A stretch of 64,000 nucleotides of DNA from an uncultured Thermoprotei archaeon (GTDB lineage: Archaea; Thermoproteota; Thermoprotei; Thermofilales; B15-G2), in NCBI GenBank assembly GCA_965367815.1, contig CBDUKN010000002.1:122438-186437 (forward strand), in the 5' to 3' direction. Position 1 is the first letter of the stretch. Each line of letters opens with the position of its first letter. Both the position numbers and the translations under genes were made by a program. Below are positions 1-9,431 of the stretch, piece by piece. The notes under the pieces were generated by a model that did no database searches, was not told the DNA's origin, and was given only the letters and a program-made list of their open reading frames with translations.

Positions 1-2
1 CA

Positions 3-521
3 TGTAAAGCCAGATTCGATGAACCTACAGTAAAGCACTATTGTCTAAACTGCGGAATAGAATTTACTCATAGAGAAGCAGTCTACGAAAAAATATTCGA
101 GTATGAGATAGTAGAAGAGAAGTTTAGAGAACTAGAAGAGACACTCATAATGGACATAGTCAAGACCTTCTTCGAAGAAAGAGAATTTAAAGTATCAAGT
201 AATGCTGTAGCACGAGGCGCTAGTGGACTTAATCATGTCTTCTCATTTCTTGCAATTAAAGACAATACCGGACTTTACATTGACGTTAAATTAGCAGATG
301 GCGAGAGCTCAGATGTATATGTTAGGACATACGCCAAGTACATAGACATAAGAGACGTCAATACAATAAAAGACGTTCTTCTGGTGCTAAAAGGACGAGG
401 TGTTAAAGAAAATTATGAATCTGGCTTTATGTGCATAACTTTCAGTAGCATAGAAGAACTAAAGGAGAAATTGTCTAGAGTCTACGGCTCTTTAATGGAG
501 ACTCCTAAAGAAACAGAGTAA
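3..521 (+). CDS. 5'-truncated zinc-ribbon protein (TackOD1-like) with a C-terminal restriction-endonuclease-like domain
   Basis: The frame is open from base 3 (CKARFDEPTVKHYCLNCG...) into the ORF-track protein. It has CxxC knuckles and a GxSGxxH motif (GASGLNHVF). Confidence 0.6.
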   Translation, partial: CKARFDEPTVKHYCLNCGIEFTHREAVYEKIFEYEIVEEKFRELEETLIMDIVKTFFEEREFKVSSNAVARGASGLNHVFSFLAIKDNTGLYIDVKLADGESSDVYVRTYAKYIDIRDVNTIKDVLLVLKGRGVKENYESGFMCITFSSIEELKEKLSRVYGSLMETPKETE

Positions 522-579
522 CTAAAACTCCTTGTACTGTAGAGCATTTTCGCTTTCAGAAACATTGGTAAATAGATCT

Positions 580-1518
580 CTAGGAGGGTAGAGACCCTTT
601 AATTATTGACTCAAAGTATCCTCTCATAGCCAGACTTATTATGCTGAAAAAGAAAGCTACTGCTATGAGCATTATTATTACATGCTTTACTCCTTTAATC
701 GCAGATCCGTCAACTATTTTTCCTGCAATAATTCCTCCCATTATTGACTGAACAAGCGAGCTTAAGAAAAACAGTCCCTCGTAAACTCTCTCATCAAGTG
801 TTCCGAAAATAAATGTTCCTCCGACAACTTTTCCTATTTCGGCGGTTGGTCTTATAAACGACTCCATTATTACCACTGCGATAAAGCTGAAGAGAAAAAC
901 ACTCATGTATATTATCCAGACATAGTGTTTTAGTCTACCTCTTTTACTGTGTTCGTAGTCTCTTATCATAGAATATATTCTTGCTGCAGAGTCTAGTACT
1001 TCTGTCATTCGTCCTCCGCTACGGTAGGCTTCTACTAGAGTTACATACGCTCTTTGAACAGCCGTAGTTGGAATTCTTTTAGCAAGACTTTCTGCAGCTT
1101 CTTCAAAGTCTGCTCTTAACTTATATCTTACAATAATTCTGTTTACTTCTTTTCCTAAAGCTGTGTCTTTTTCTCTCCTAGCATATTCTTCTAGTGCTTC
1201 GGGTAGGCTTACTCCAGCTCTAGTGCTTTCAGCGAGTTCTTTGAAAAAATCGGGAAGTTTGTCTTCGATATTTTTTACATATCTGTCTTCGAGGTAATTT
1301 ATTAGAGCTACTGGTATACATATTATTATTAACCCGAAGACAATTGATGTATTAAAGACGAGATCATAGGGCAAGGGTATTCCTATTGATGTAATTACTA
1401 TACATTCATCGATAGTTTTAACTCCCGTAATTAAGGGAAAGAACATGATAAATATGCCTATTACACACGAAGAAGTGTAAACTAGGTACCTTACTTCTTT
1501 TGGTACTAGTATACTCAC
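580..1518 (-). CDS. Type IV pilus platform protein (TadC/AapF, T2SS F family)
   Basis: TM helices plus IEDKLPDFFKELAESTRAG and EAYRSGG motifs; next to the ATPase gene. Confidence 0.9.
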   Translation of the reverse strand: MSILVPKEVRYLVYTSSCVIGIFIMFFPLITGVKTIDECIVITSIGIPLPYDLVFNTSIVFGLIIICIPVALINYLEDRYVKNIEDKLPDFFKELAESTRAGVSLPEALEEYARREKDTALGKEVNRIIVRYKLRADFEEAAESLAKRIPTTAVQRAYVTLVEAYRSGGRMTEVLDSAARIYSMIRDYEHSKRGRLKHYVWIIYMSVFLFSFIAVVIMESFIRPTAEIGKVVGGTFIFGTLDERVYEGLFFLSSLVQSIMGGIIAGKIVDGSAIKGVKHVIIMLIAVAFFFSIISLAMRGYFESIIKGSLPS

Positions 1519-1617
1519 GAGTTATTTATACGAGTGAGATTAAAACTTTTAAGTGCATCGAGTATAGGAAAATATTCTAGTATTTATTAGTTTTCAAGTA
1601 AATTTTTGGTTTATAGG

Positions 1618-2487
1618 TTACGCTTGAGAAATAGTGCTGTCGTAGAGGAGGTACATTATCAGCGATGCAGATGGCATATAGATTAGTATTACTGCGACAG
1701 TAAGTACTATAGGATCTAGCCCAAATACGCCTCCTCCTATCATTGACATGAGAACGAATAAGAGAATAAATATTACAGGTGCAGCTACCATTGCTGCAAT
1801 ATATATTTCGGAGAGAAAACTAAGAGTGTCTACCAGCGTCTCAAGTTTTGTTTCTTTTTCTCTAATCATAGTTGATGTGAGGTAGTTTAAGTAGCTTCTT
1901 AAATCGCCACTAGTCAATGCTGTCTCTTTTAAACCTGTGAGAATTCTAGCGAAAATGGAAGATGGAGACCTGTCAGCAGCTATTGTTAGTGCTGTAGGCA
2001 GATCGTATCCGAGAACCTTAACGCTTTTCACAATTCCCTCAAACTCATTTTTAATTTCCTTCTCAGGCTCTACTTCAGCTACTCTCTCTATGATATGCTC
2101 TAAGGACGCTCCTCCTGCCGCTAGAACAGTCATGTAGCTGACTGTGTATAGGAGATTTCTTTCAATTCGTCTTCTTCTCTCTGATACACGGTAGAGAGGA
2201 TAAGCTATCATTGCCATTAGGCACGAGAGTGAGAGAACTAGTGAGAGCATTATGCCTAGTAGAATTGAGAGAAGTAGAGGAGCTTTAAGGAAAATTACGT
2301 GTAGTACTATTAATACAGCAAGAGAAACTGCTAGAACTATGAAAGGTAAAGAGAATGCAAGCCCTATGTATGCTTTATAGTGCATTTTAATACGAGCCTT
2401 TATACAGAGATCTATGAATGACCTTAGTTTCTCTTCGTGTTCTTCTAAAAATGTTTTATAGAATCTATACCCATATCCTTCTAACAT
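1618..2487 (-). CDS. Type IV pilus platform protein (TadC/AapF, T2SS F family)
   Basis: IERNLLYTVSYMTVLAAGG, LGYDL and SPS motifs; TM helices. Confidence 0.9.
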   Translation of the reverse strand: MLEGYGYRFYKTFLEEHEEKLRSFIDLCIKARIKMHYKAYIGLAFSLPFIVLAVSLAVLIVLHVIFLKAPLLLSILLGIMLSLVLSLSCLMAMIAYPLYRVSERRRRIERNLLYTVSYMTVLAAGGASLEHIIERVAEVEPEKEIKNEFEGIVKSVKVLGYDLPTALTIAADRSPSSIFARILTGLKETALTSGDLRSYLNYLTSTMIREKETKLETLVDTLSFLSEIYIAAMVAAPVIFILLFVLMSMIGGGVFGLDPIVLTVAVILIYMPSASLIMYLLYDSTISQA

Positions 2488-2491
2488 TGTA

Positions 2492-4000
2492 TCACACTGC
2501 CCTTAATTTAAGTGAAGTGTATGTTTCTCTTGGACTCCTATAGTATCTGCTTATAATTTCAGCTACTTCATCAAAGCTTCTCATTTTCTTTAAAGCGAGT
2601 ATTCTGAGTATTTCTGCCCGCCTTCTCCACTCTTCCATTATTTCATTGAGAGACATAAAATTTCTTTCAGCTATGCGTTTAAGCAGCTCGCTTTCGCCGA
2701 CTTTTATGAATATATCTCTTCTGGCATCCCACCTGAATACTTTCTGCATTTTTATTTCTCCGTGAACTCTATCGTAGCTGAGTACTTCGTAGACTTCGTA
2801 GACTCTTCTAACAGCTCTGTCTCCTAGTTTATGTCTAACCATTTGGACGAAGATATTAGCGAACGGTATTAGCTCTGGCGGCACGTTCATAGGTCTGGCC
2901 TGCAGCCTCATTATTGCTGCTTCACAGCTTTCAGCGTGTATTGTACACATTCCGGCGTGGCCTGAGGCTATTGCCTGGAATAGTGTAAATGCCTCTTCTC
3001 CTCTAACCTCGCCTATAATAATGTAATCTGGTCTCTGTCTTAGTGCTGACTTCAGTAAGTCGTATAATGTAATATTTTCGACTCCAGCTTCAGTCGATGG
3101 ACGAGTTACAAGCGGAATCCAGTTCTCATGAGGTAGCCTTATTTCAGGTACTTCCTCTATCGTAACTATCTTTAATTCAGGTCTAATGAATGTGGCTACA
3201 GCGTTAAGCATCGTTGTTTTACCTGTTGCTGTAGCTCCGCTGATTATAATTGTCCTCATGTTATCTACAGCTAGCCAGAAGTAGGCAGCTAGCTCCGGTG
3301 AGACTGTATTCAGTGAAATTAGGTCTATTATTGTGAACGGCACTGCTCTGAACTTTCTTATAGTAAATGTACCGCCTCTCATAGAGACTTCTTTTAGCGT
3401 CAAGTGTATTCTAAAGCCCTCAGGCAGAGATCCCTCGAGAATAGGCTTAGCTATCGATATGTGCTTTCCCGCTTTATAGGCTAGTCTATGTATCATAGCC
3501 TCTAGCTCTTCTTCTGTCTCAAATACTACGTTAGACGGTATTGATTCATAGTATTTGTGCCAAACATAGACAGGTATGCCTACTCCGTCGCAGGAAATAT
3601 CTTCTAGGTTCTCGTCCCTGATCATGGGATCTATCTTTCCGTAACCGAAGAAATCTCGCTCAACATAGTAAGTTATTTTATGAATAGCTGGTCTAGGTAT
3701 CTTTATTCTGAACTTTTCGATTATTTTGGCTACAGTTTCTCTAATAAAGGCTTTAGATTCGACTTCGCTAGGCATTTTTTCACTTGTCTCAACAAAGTCC
3801 AGAAATATTCTTTTAATTTCTTCAAGAGCTTTCTTCTCTGCTTCATTTAAATATGGCTCTATAACTAGGTATTTTAAAAAACCTTTCTTGTCTTTAACTA
3901 TAGCTACATAGGCAAATGGAGGGTTAACTGCATAAAACTCTTTGAATATATATTCCCTAAACCTTGCAGCATGCTCTTTAAGCTTAAGTTCAGCTCTCAT
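2492..4000 (-). CDS. Type IV pilus assembly ATPase (TadA/AapE/ArlI family)
   Basis: Walker A GATATGKT, ALRQRPDYIIIGEVRGEE, GHAGMCTIHA. Confidence 0.95.
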   Translation of the reverse strand: MRAELKLKEHAARFREYIFKEFYAVNPPFAYVAIVKDKKGFLKYLVIEPYLNEAEKKALEEIKRIFLDFVETSEKMPSEVESKAFIRETVAKIIEKFRIKIPRPAIHKITYYVERDFFGYGKIDPMIRDENLEDISCDGVGIPVYVWHKYYESIPSNVVFETEEELEAMIHRLAYKAGKHISIAKPILEGSLPEGFRIHLTLKEVSMRGGTFTIRKFRAVPFTIIDLISLNTVSPELAAYFWLAVDNMRTIIISGATATGKTTMLNAVATFIRPELKIVTIEEVPEIRLPHENWIPLVTRPSTEAGVENITLYDLLKSALRQRPDYIIIGEVRGEEAFTLFQAIASGHAGMCTIHAESCEAAIMRLQARPMNVPPELIPFANIFVQMVRHKLGDRAVRRVYEVYEVLSYDRVHGEIKMQKVFRWDARRDIFIKVGESELLKRIAERNFMSLNEIMEEWRRRAEILRILALKKMRSFDEVAEIISRYYRSPRETYTSLKLRAV

Positions 4001-4065
4001 TTTATGCCTTATGTAATTAGTTTCAGTAATCTATATTGGTTTTTCGTTTGAATAACTCTTTACAT

Positions 4066-4078
4066 AAAGGTTTTAATA
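4066..4078 (+). promoter_or_regulatory. BRE/TATA promoter for the pilin-adhesin operon
   Basis: AAAGG-TTTTAATA about 27 nt upstream of the ATG at 4105. Confidence 0.5.
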
Positions 4079-4104
4079 TACCTCTACACTTATTTTCAGT
4101 AGCT

Positions 4105-4557
4105 ATGCTAAAAAAGAGCCTCGGTGTAAGCGAAGTAGTAGCATCTATTTTAATGCTTGTAATCACTGTTGTCGTGAGCCTTCTCATTTATCTCTGGTAT
4201 ACGGGTTACCTTTCTACAGTAGAAAGTTCTGTGAATAAATTCTTGTTTGAAGAGGAGCTTTCTTTAAGAGAAAAAATTGAAATAGTGCATGTTTCTGTCG
4301 TAAAAGATTCTTCCTCCTCTTCTCTCAATATAACTGTATACGTTTTCAACTACGGAGATATTATGGTTGCTATAGATGATGTAGCTTATGTGGACGGCAA
4401 TATGGTTATTTTGTCTCGAGAATATACTGTTCTTCCTGGACAGTGTGTTAAAATAGAGTTCCCCCCGCTACCTTACAATAATTTGCCTTCGTTAGTGAAA
4501 ATAAAGATAGTTAGTAAGAGGGGTAATTATGCAGAATACTGCGTCAAGAAACCGTAG
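4105..4557 (+). CDS. Archaeal type IV minor pilin
   Basis: Class III signal peptide MLKKSLG/VSEVVASILMLVITV. The start is moved from 4036 to ATG 4105. Confidence 0.85.
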   Translation: MLKKSLGVSEVVASILMLVITVVVSLLIYLWYTGYLSTVESSVNKFLFEEELSLREKIEIVHVSVVKDSSSSSLNITVYVFNYGDIMVAIDDVAYVDGNMVILSREYTVLPGQCVKIEFPPLPYNNLPSLVKIKIVSKRGNYAEYCVKKP

Positions 4558-7500
4558 AGGTATAGCTGTACCTATAGCAACGATGTTTATGATTCTGATA
4601 ATAATACTGTCAATAGCCTTTATGATTTATTTACTGCACCGCGTCAGCGAGATAAGTAAAACAGGAGTACAAATAGTAAAAGAAGAAAGAGAAAAAATAG
4701 AAGAGAATGCCGAGCTTTTTGTAGCAAGAGTCTCTATAAGGAACCTTTCTTGTAATATCACTTTGGGTCTTCTCAATACAGGTTCAGTTACTTTAACTGC
4801 ATCAGCTCTGTACGTATTTCTAGTTCAAGCAGGCAACTATACTGAATTATACTCTAAAACAATATCCCTGTCTTCTTCTCCGGGAGAACTTCTATTCATA
4901 AATATTACTGACTTACCTTACGTTACTCCAGCAAACACTACATATTATGTATTTAAAGTAGTAAGTACTAGGGGAAATGTTTACACAGCCTACTGGAGAA
5001 TATCGACACCAATGGCATATCTCTTTATAAGTCCTCCTCTAATCTACAGTGGCTGTAGAGGATCTGCTTGGCTAATAGTTATAAACAATTCGACAGAACC
5101 TCTCTTCGATTTAACTGCATCACTTAACTACTCGCCTTCTACAGCCAATATTACAATAAGCAATGCTACCCCAAGTACTATAGAAAGACTACCGCCCGGA
5201 GCCACAGCTGTATTCTACTGGAACTTTACAGCGCTGTCGCTTGACACCACTAACGTTACATTCACAGCTTCTCTTACTTCACTTAATGTTACCATAACAT
5301 CTAATAAAACTGTAAGTGTTATAGAGACGCCTAAAATATCATCTATTTCAGTTAAAATATTGTTAAATGAAACATTGTGCCGCTCAGGTTCCTGGGTAAC
5401 CATGTACATTAATGTAACGAACTTCGGGCCCAATCTAGTCGAAGACGTTTTACCCAAAATATCTATGATAGGCGTGTGGCCCAACGGCAGCCTCACAGTA
5501 AACTATACACTACTAGACACAAGACCACAAACAATAACTCCCAACAACTACACTCTATTTAGATATAATCTATCGTGTAGCGGCGCAGGAAAAGCAGTAA
5601 TATTTGCATATGCCTATGGTCGTGACAATGCTACAGGACACCGAGTAGTTTCAAGCGAAGCATCCTCCCAGATACTTTTTGTTAAAAGAGGAGGACTTCT
5701 TTCATGTACAATAATCGCCCCTTCAACAGTAATAACTACCTCGACTCTTCCAGGCTACAACATAACAGTACTAGTTAAAGTAAGAAATAATGGAGATGTC
5801 GAAGTATACAATATAACACCTACGCTGACTCTCTCAGCTTCAGGAGGCATAAATCCAGACGCTGATATAGTACTAGGTCCAATACCAGATAAAATAGACA
5901 TACTTCCACCTAACAGCGAAGCAGTCTTCAAGTATATAGTAAATGTTACGGGATCAAGCAAGACTAGAGTTACTGTAACGGCATCTATCTTAGGAAAAGA
6001 CTATTTCGGGACCCTTGTATCTGCTTCAAGCTCAGAAGTACTTTATGTAAGAGAAGCTGCTGTACTAGCGAAAATTTATGTAATTTACGAAAAAGGTATA
6101 GTACCTTATCCAAGTTCTGTCGATGTGATTAACGGTACTTATGCTTATGCCTCACTTTACGTAGAACCACCTCAGAATTATTTCAGAGTACCAATATCTA
6201 TACGGAGCCTTTTCTCTCGAACAAACTTTCCGGTACCTGTATTCATCAATTTTACAGAATTACTCCAGTCGCTAGGATATTCAGGAACACTAGATATAAA
6301 CTCTATTAGAGTCGTAGATGCGACTACACTAAAAGAAATATCTTATAACTATACTTTAGCAGAAGGATACAATCCTCGGACAAACGCTTGTATGTGGATT
6401 GTTTTCCCGATGAATTTAACAGCGTATGTGTCGTCTCGAGTGTATATCTATTTTAATATACTTGAAAATATTGCCGCTCAAGCTCCCATTAAGTATTACG
6501 AAGTAGGGTATATTGATAAAAAAGGTAGGACGATATATGATGACAACTACTATATAGCGTTAAGAGCACCACATAACTTTTTTTCACCAAACACTCTTAC
6601 ACAGCTAGTATATGGTGACGATGAGGCTACATCAGTATATCTTTTGCTCCCTTTTCCCTTCTATAGAAGATTTTACCCCAAAATTGGCGTATGCACAAAT
6701 GGCTTTATTCAACCCCTAAGATTATTTCAATCACCTAGCACTGAATGGCGTACTGTTCCCTACACAACATACTTTATTCCTGAGAGACAAATAGCCCCCT
6801 TTAAGATGGATCTATACTCTAACTCTTCTATGGGAGCATTTTTCGGCGAAATTAATGTATACGGCTTAAACGGAATATGCTTCTATTATAACTCCACGTT
6901 CTACGCAGATAATGTCAGCACAGTGGAATTTGAGGCAATACTACTTTACTCAGGAGATATAATTTTTTCATGGAATAGGACTGATAGATTTAACGGCTGG
7001 ACCTACGACTGTCTTTACTACTATGCAGGAATTTCTCGAGGTGTAGCAAACAATTACATGATAATATCGACTAACGACCCTAGCTTATATCCTCCCGTAA
7101 AACCCGAAGAATTAACTTCAGTTAACGTAATTTTTACATATAAAAGATCCCTATTAGTCACAGTAGGTGCTCCCGAAGTAACTTCAAACATACCGTTCTC
7201 TATAAACTATAGGGGGCTTTTTAGCTACGTAGTAGCAATAGTTAATAATGATCCAGTAAACAAGTGGCAAGTGCGTTTTACACTTGACCGCATAGAAACA
7301 ACAGGACCTGTTCAAAACTTTACAGTAGTAGTCTATAACTCAACATACTCTCACAAAGAGATAGTATTCGAATATGACAAAATAATCAAATCTCTGTCAT
7401 CATGGATTACATTAGCTCCTAAAAGCAAAGCCTACGTACTCATAGATATTTCTACTTCGAGCAAACTTAAAGTTCAACTATATCTAGAAACAAGAAAGGC

Positions 7501-7561
7501 TTATCGCGACAACCTATATGGATATATTTTACCATTTACAGTAATCGTAAATACTTCTTAA
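4529..7561 (+). CDS. Large pilin-like adhesin (class III signal peptide, Ig/CARDB-like repeats, DUF2341-like and NIDO-like segments)
   Basis: RNRRG/IAVPIATMFMIL N-terminus; repeated V.N.G...P....L.P motifs; DDEATSVYLLLPFPFY...TNGFI...IAPF; many N-x-S/T sequons. Confidence 0.7.
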   Translation: MQNTASRNRRGIAVPIATMFMILIIILSIAFMIYLLHRVSEISKTGVQIVKEEREKIEENAELFVARVSIRNLSCNITLGLLNTGSVTLTASALYVFLVQAGNYTELYSKTISLSSSPGELLFINITDLPYVTPANTTYYVFKVVSTRGNVYTAYWRISTPMAYLFISPPLIYSGCRGSAWLIVINNSTEPLFDLTASLNYSPSTANITISNATPSTIERLPPGATAVFYWNFTALSLDTTNVTFTASLTSLNVTITSNKTVSVIETPKISSISVKILLNETLCRSGSWVTMYINVTNFGPNLVEDVLPKISMIGVWPNGSLTVNYTLLDTRPQTITPNNYTLFRYNLSCSGAGKAVIFAYAYGRDNATGHRVVSSEASSQILFVKRGGLLSCTIIAPSTVITTSTLPGYNITVLVKVRNNGDVEVYNITPTLTLSASGGINPDADIVLGPIPDKIDILPPNSEAVFKYIVNVTGSSKTRVTVTASILGKDYFGTLVSASSSEVLYVREAAVLAKIYVIYEKGIVPYPSSVDVINGTYAYASLYVEPPQNYFRVPISIRSLFSRTNFPVPVFINFTELLQSLGYSGTLDINSIRVVDATTLKEISYNYTLAEGYNPRTNACMWIVFPMNLTAYVSSRVYIYFNILENIAAQAPIKYYEVGYIDKKGRTIYDDNYYIALRAPHNFFSPNTLTQLVYGDDEATSVYLLLPFPFYRRFYPKIGVCTNGFIQPLRLFQSPSTEWRTVPYTTYFIPERQIAPFKMDLYSNSSMGAFFGEINVYGLNGICFYYNSTFYADNVSTVEFEAILLYSGDIIFSWNRTDRFNGWTYDCLYYYAGISRGVANNYMIISTNDPSLYPPVKPEELTSVNVIFTYKRSLLVTVGAPEVTSNIPFSINYRGLFSYVVAIVNNDPVNKWQVRFTLDRIETTGPVQNFTVVVYNSTYSHKEIVFEYDKIIKSLSSWITLAPKSKAYVLIDISTSSKLKVQLYLETRKAYRDNLYGYILPFTVIVNTS

Positions 7562-7620
7562 TAAAGACAAGTAATACTATTTTAAATATATGAGAAAAAA
7601 GAAAAATAATGTTACCTACT

Positions 7621-8076
7621 TTATGGCCAAGTAAAGGCTAGCGATGCTTCAGTACCTTTCTTTGTAACGACTTTAGCTACATAAGTGCAGCCAGATGTAT
7701 ATGTGCCTGATACATCTACAGACACTATATTATCTTCATCAGTAGTTCCGCTAACCTCTCCAGGACCTAGTTCTACATTAAGATCTGTATTTGCATCAAT
7801 TACTGTACCTGTAGTAGCATTGAGTATATACGCCGCCTGTATAACAACTCTTACAGATCCTATGTTTCTTACGTAGATAGTTACAGTACCATCAGATACT
7901 TTAACTCCATCTATTTTGATTTTTTCTTCTAGTTGTTCTGGTTGTCCGCTTTTTTGTGCTGAGCCTATGTATCCTAGTACCCATAGGTATGTTAGTAGTG
8001 CTGCTGTTACTGTGATTACGATGAGTAGGAGTACTGCAATTATTGGGGAGACACCTTTCTTGTTTAAAACACGCAT
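7621..8076 (-). CDS. Archaeal type IV major pilin
   Basis: MRVLNKKG/VSPIIAVLLLIVITV class III signal; YVRNIG motif; own promoter and SD. Confidence 0.92.
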   Translation of the reverse strand: MRVLNKKGVSPIIAVLLLIVITVTAALLTYLWVLGYIGSAQKSGQPEQLEEKIKIDGVKVSDGTVTIYVRNIGSVRVVIQAAYILNATTGTVIDANTDLNVELGPGEVSGTTDEDNIVSVDVSGTYTSGCTYVAKVVTKKGTEASLAFTWP

Positions 8077-8080
8077 TTTT

Positions 8081-8122
8081 TCACCTTGATGTTAAGATTT
8101 TTCTAGGGTATATAAGGCTTTC
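8081..8122 (-). promoter_or_regulatory. BRE/TATA promoter and Shine-Dalgarno of the major pilin
   Basis: Minus strand GAAAG-CC-TTATATA (8122-8109) and AGGTGA (8086-8081) just upstream of the ATG. Confidence 0.65.
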
Positions 8123-8158
8123 CCTTAAGAATATTACGTCTTTTTCAGTGATGTTTTT

Positions 8159-8626
8159 ATGGGGAATATTCTTGAAGTTCCGAGGATGCATGGGGCGTAT
8201 ATCCTAGTTACTGCTATTAATTTTTCCTGTAAAGTTAGAGTAGGTTCTCTGGGCGAAGTTTTCTTAAAGAGAGGATACTATGCTTATGTTGGCTCAGCTA
8301 TGGGTCCTGGCGGGCTTTTTTGCCGTATTAGAAGACACTTGAGCAGGGTTAAGCGCCTGAAGTGGCATATTGACTACGTGCTTGAAGTGGGGCGTGTTAT
8401 ATGTGTTGCTTATACAGTTTCTGATGTTAAGTTGGAGTGCGAAATAGCTTCACTTATAGCAGAGAAGTACTCTATTGTAGTAGAGAAGCTTGGTTCAACT
8501 GATTGTCGCTGTAAATCTCATTTCTTTTTCTTGGGCGAGGATCTTGATTCAGTTGAGGTCTTTTTAGATTTTTTAAAGGAAATTGAGTCTAGGCTCGGCG
8601 TTTCTTTTTCTGTTGTTTGGTGCTAG
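8159..8626 (+). CDS. DUF123 / GIY-YIG (Uri superfamily) nuclease
   Basis: GAYIL, GYYAYVGSA, RIRRH, KWHIDY, GSTDCRCKSH. Confidence 0.88.
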   Translation: MGNILEVPRMHGAYILVTAINFSCKVRVGSLGEVFLKRGYYAYVGSAMGPGGLFCRIRRHLSRVKRLKWHIDYVLEVGRVICVAYTVSDVKLECEIASLIAEKYSIVVEKLGSTDCRCKSHFFFLGEDLDSVEVFLDFLKEIESRLGVSFSVVWC

Positions 8627-8888
8627 GCTTCTTTTTGGCTGCCAGTAATATGCATCTTCCTCTTACTCCAAGAAGCCTAGCATCTACTTTTTGCGCTAGT
8701 TCTTCAGCGAATTTAAATCTATCGAAATTAGGTGCGCTTTCGGCGTAGTTTTTTAGTACTTTTACTTTGATTACTTTTCTTGCTTTTAGCTGTGTTTTTA
8801 TTTCATTTATTACGCTTTCACAGAGTCCTCTTTTGCCTATTCTAACTGTTGCTTTTAGTTCTGCCCATAGTTTTGATGCTCTTGGCAC
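8589..8888 (-). CDS. YhbY/CRM-domain RNA-binding protein
   Basis: TVRIGKRGL...EIKTQLKARKVIKVKVL...RGR. Confidence 0.88.
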   Translation of the reverse strand: MPRASKLWAELKATVRIGKRGLCESVINEIKTQLKARKVIKVKVLKNYAESAPNFDRFKFAEELAQKVDARLLGVRGRCILLAAKKKPSTKQQKKKRRA

Positions 8889-8926
8889 TTGATGTTTTGG
8901 TTTCCGGCTGTAATAAGCTTATCTAT

Positions 8927-9385
8927 TTAATAGAATCTTATGCTGTGTAGGCTCGGTTCTCCATGTGCTATGAAGTATTTTACCTGCTTAACTACTTCCT
9001 TTACTCTAGTGTTTAAGGGTTTTCCGTATCCTATTCCATTGCATATTTTTTCTGCAGCAGGATTTAGTCTCAGTTCAATAGTATTGGGCTTTTTTACAAG
9101 CTGTATTGGGAATAGTGAACAGTTCCAGGGATACCATTTGTGTCGGAGAAGAAGTCCGCACCGGTTTCCTTTTAGGAAGACGCATCCATGGCTATTAGTG
9201 TTCATGTAGAAGCATCCTTCTTCTATATGGTAGAAGTTTCTGTAGCCTATTTTTTCTAGGTACTGTACTTCGTTGCTGTATAGTTCTAGCTTCCACTTAG
9301 TGTAAAGGAAAGCTTTACAGCAGTTTCCACATTTAACGCAGCGGAATTTTATTTTTCTCAGTTTATCTGATATTATTATTTTCAT
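8927..9385 (-). CDS. YkgJ/UPF0153 cysteine-cluster protein
   Basis: FRCVKCGNCC, CVFL...C, PWNCSLFP, CNGIG. Confidence 0.85.
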   Translation of the reverse strand: MKIIISDKLRKIKFRCVKCGNCCKAFLYTKWKLELYSNEVQYLEKIGYRNFYHIEEGCFYMNTNSHGCVFLKGNRCGLLLRHKWYPWNCSLFPIQLVKKPNTIELRLNPAAEKICNGIGYGKPLNTRVKEVVKQVKYFIAHGEPSLHSIRFY

Positions 9386-9431
9386 TGATGGCTAGTAGTC
9401 TCTCAGCGAGTATAAAAGCATTTCTGCTATG

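Noticed and set aside
580-8076. Archaellum operon
   Set aside because: No ArlH, ArlF or ArlG, and the filament proteins look like pilins rather than archaellins.
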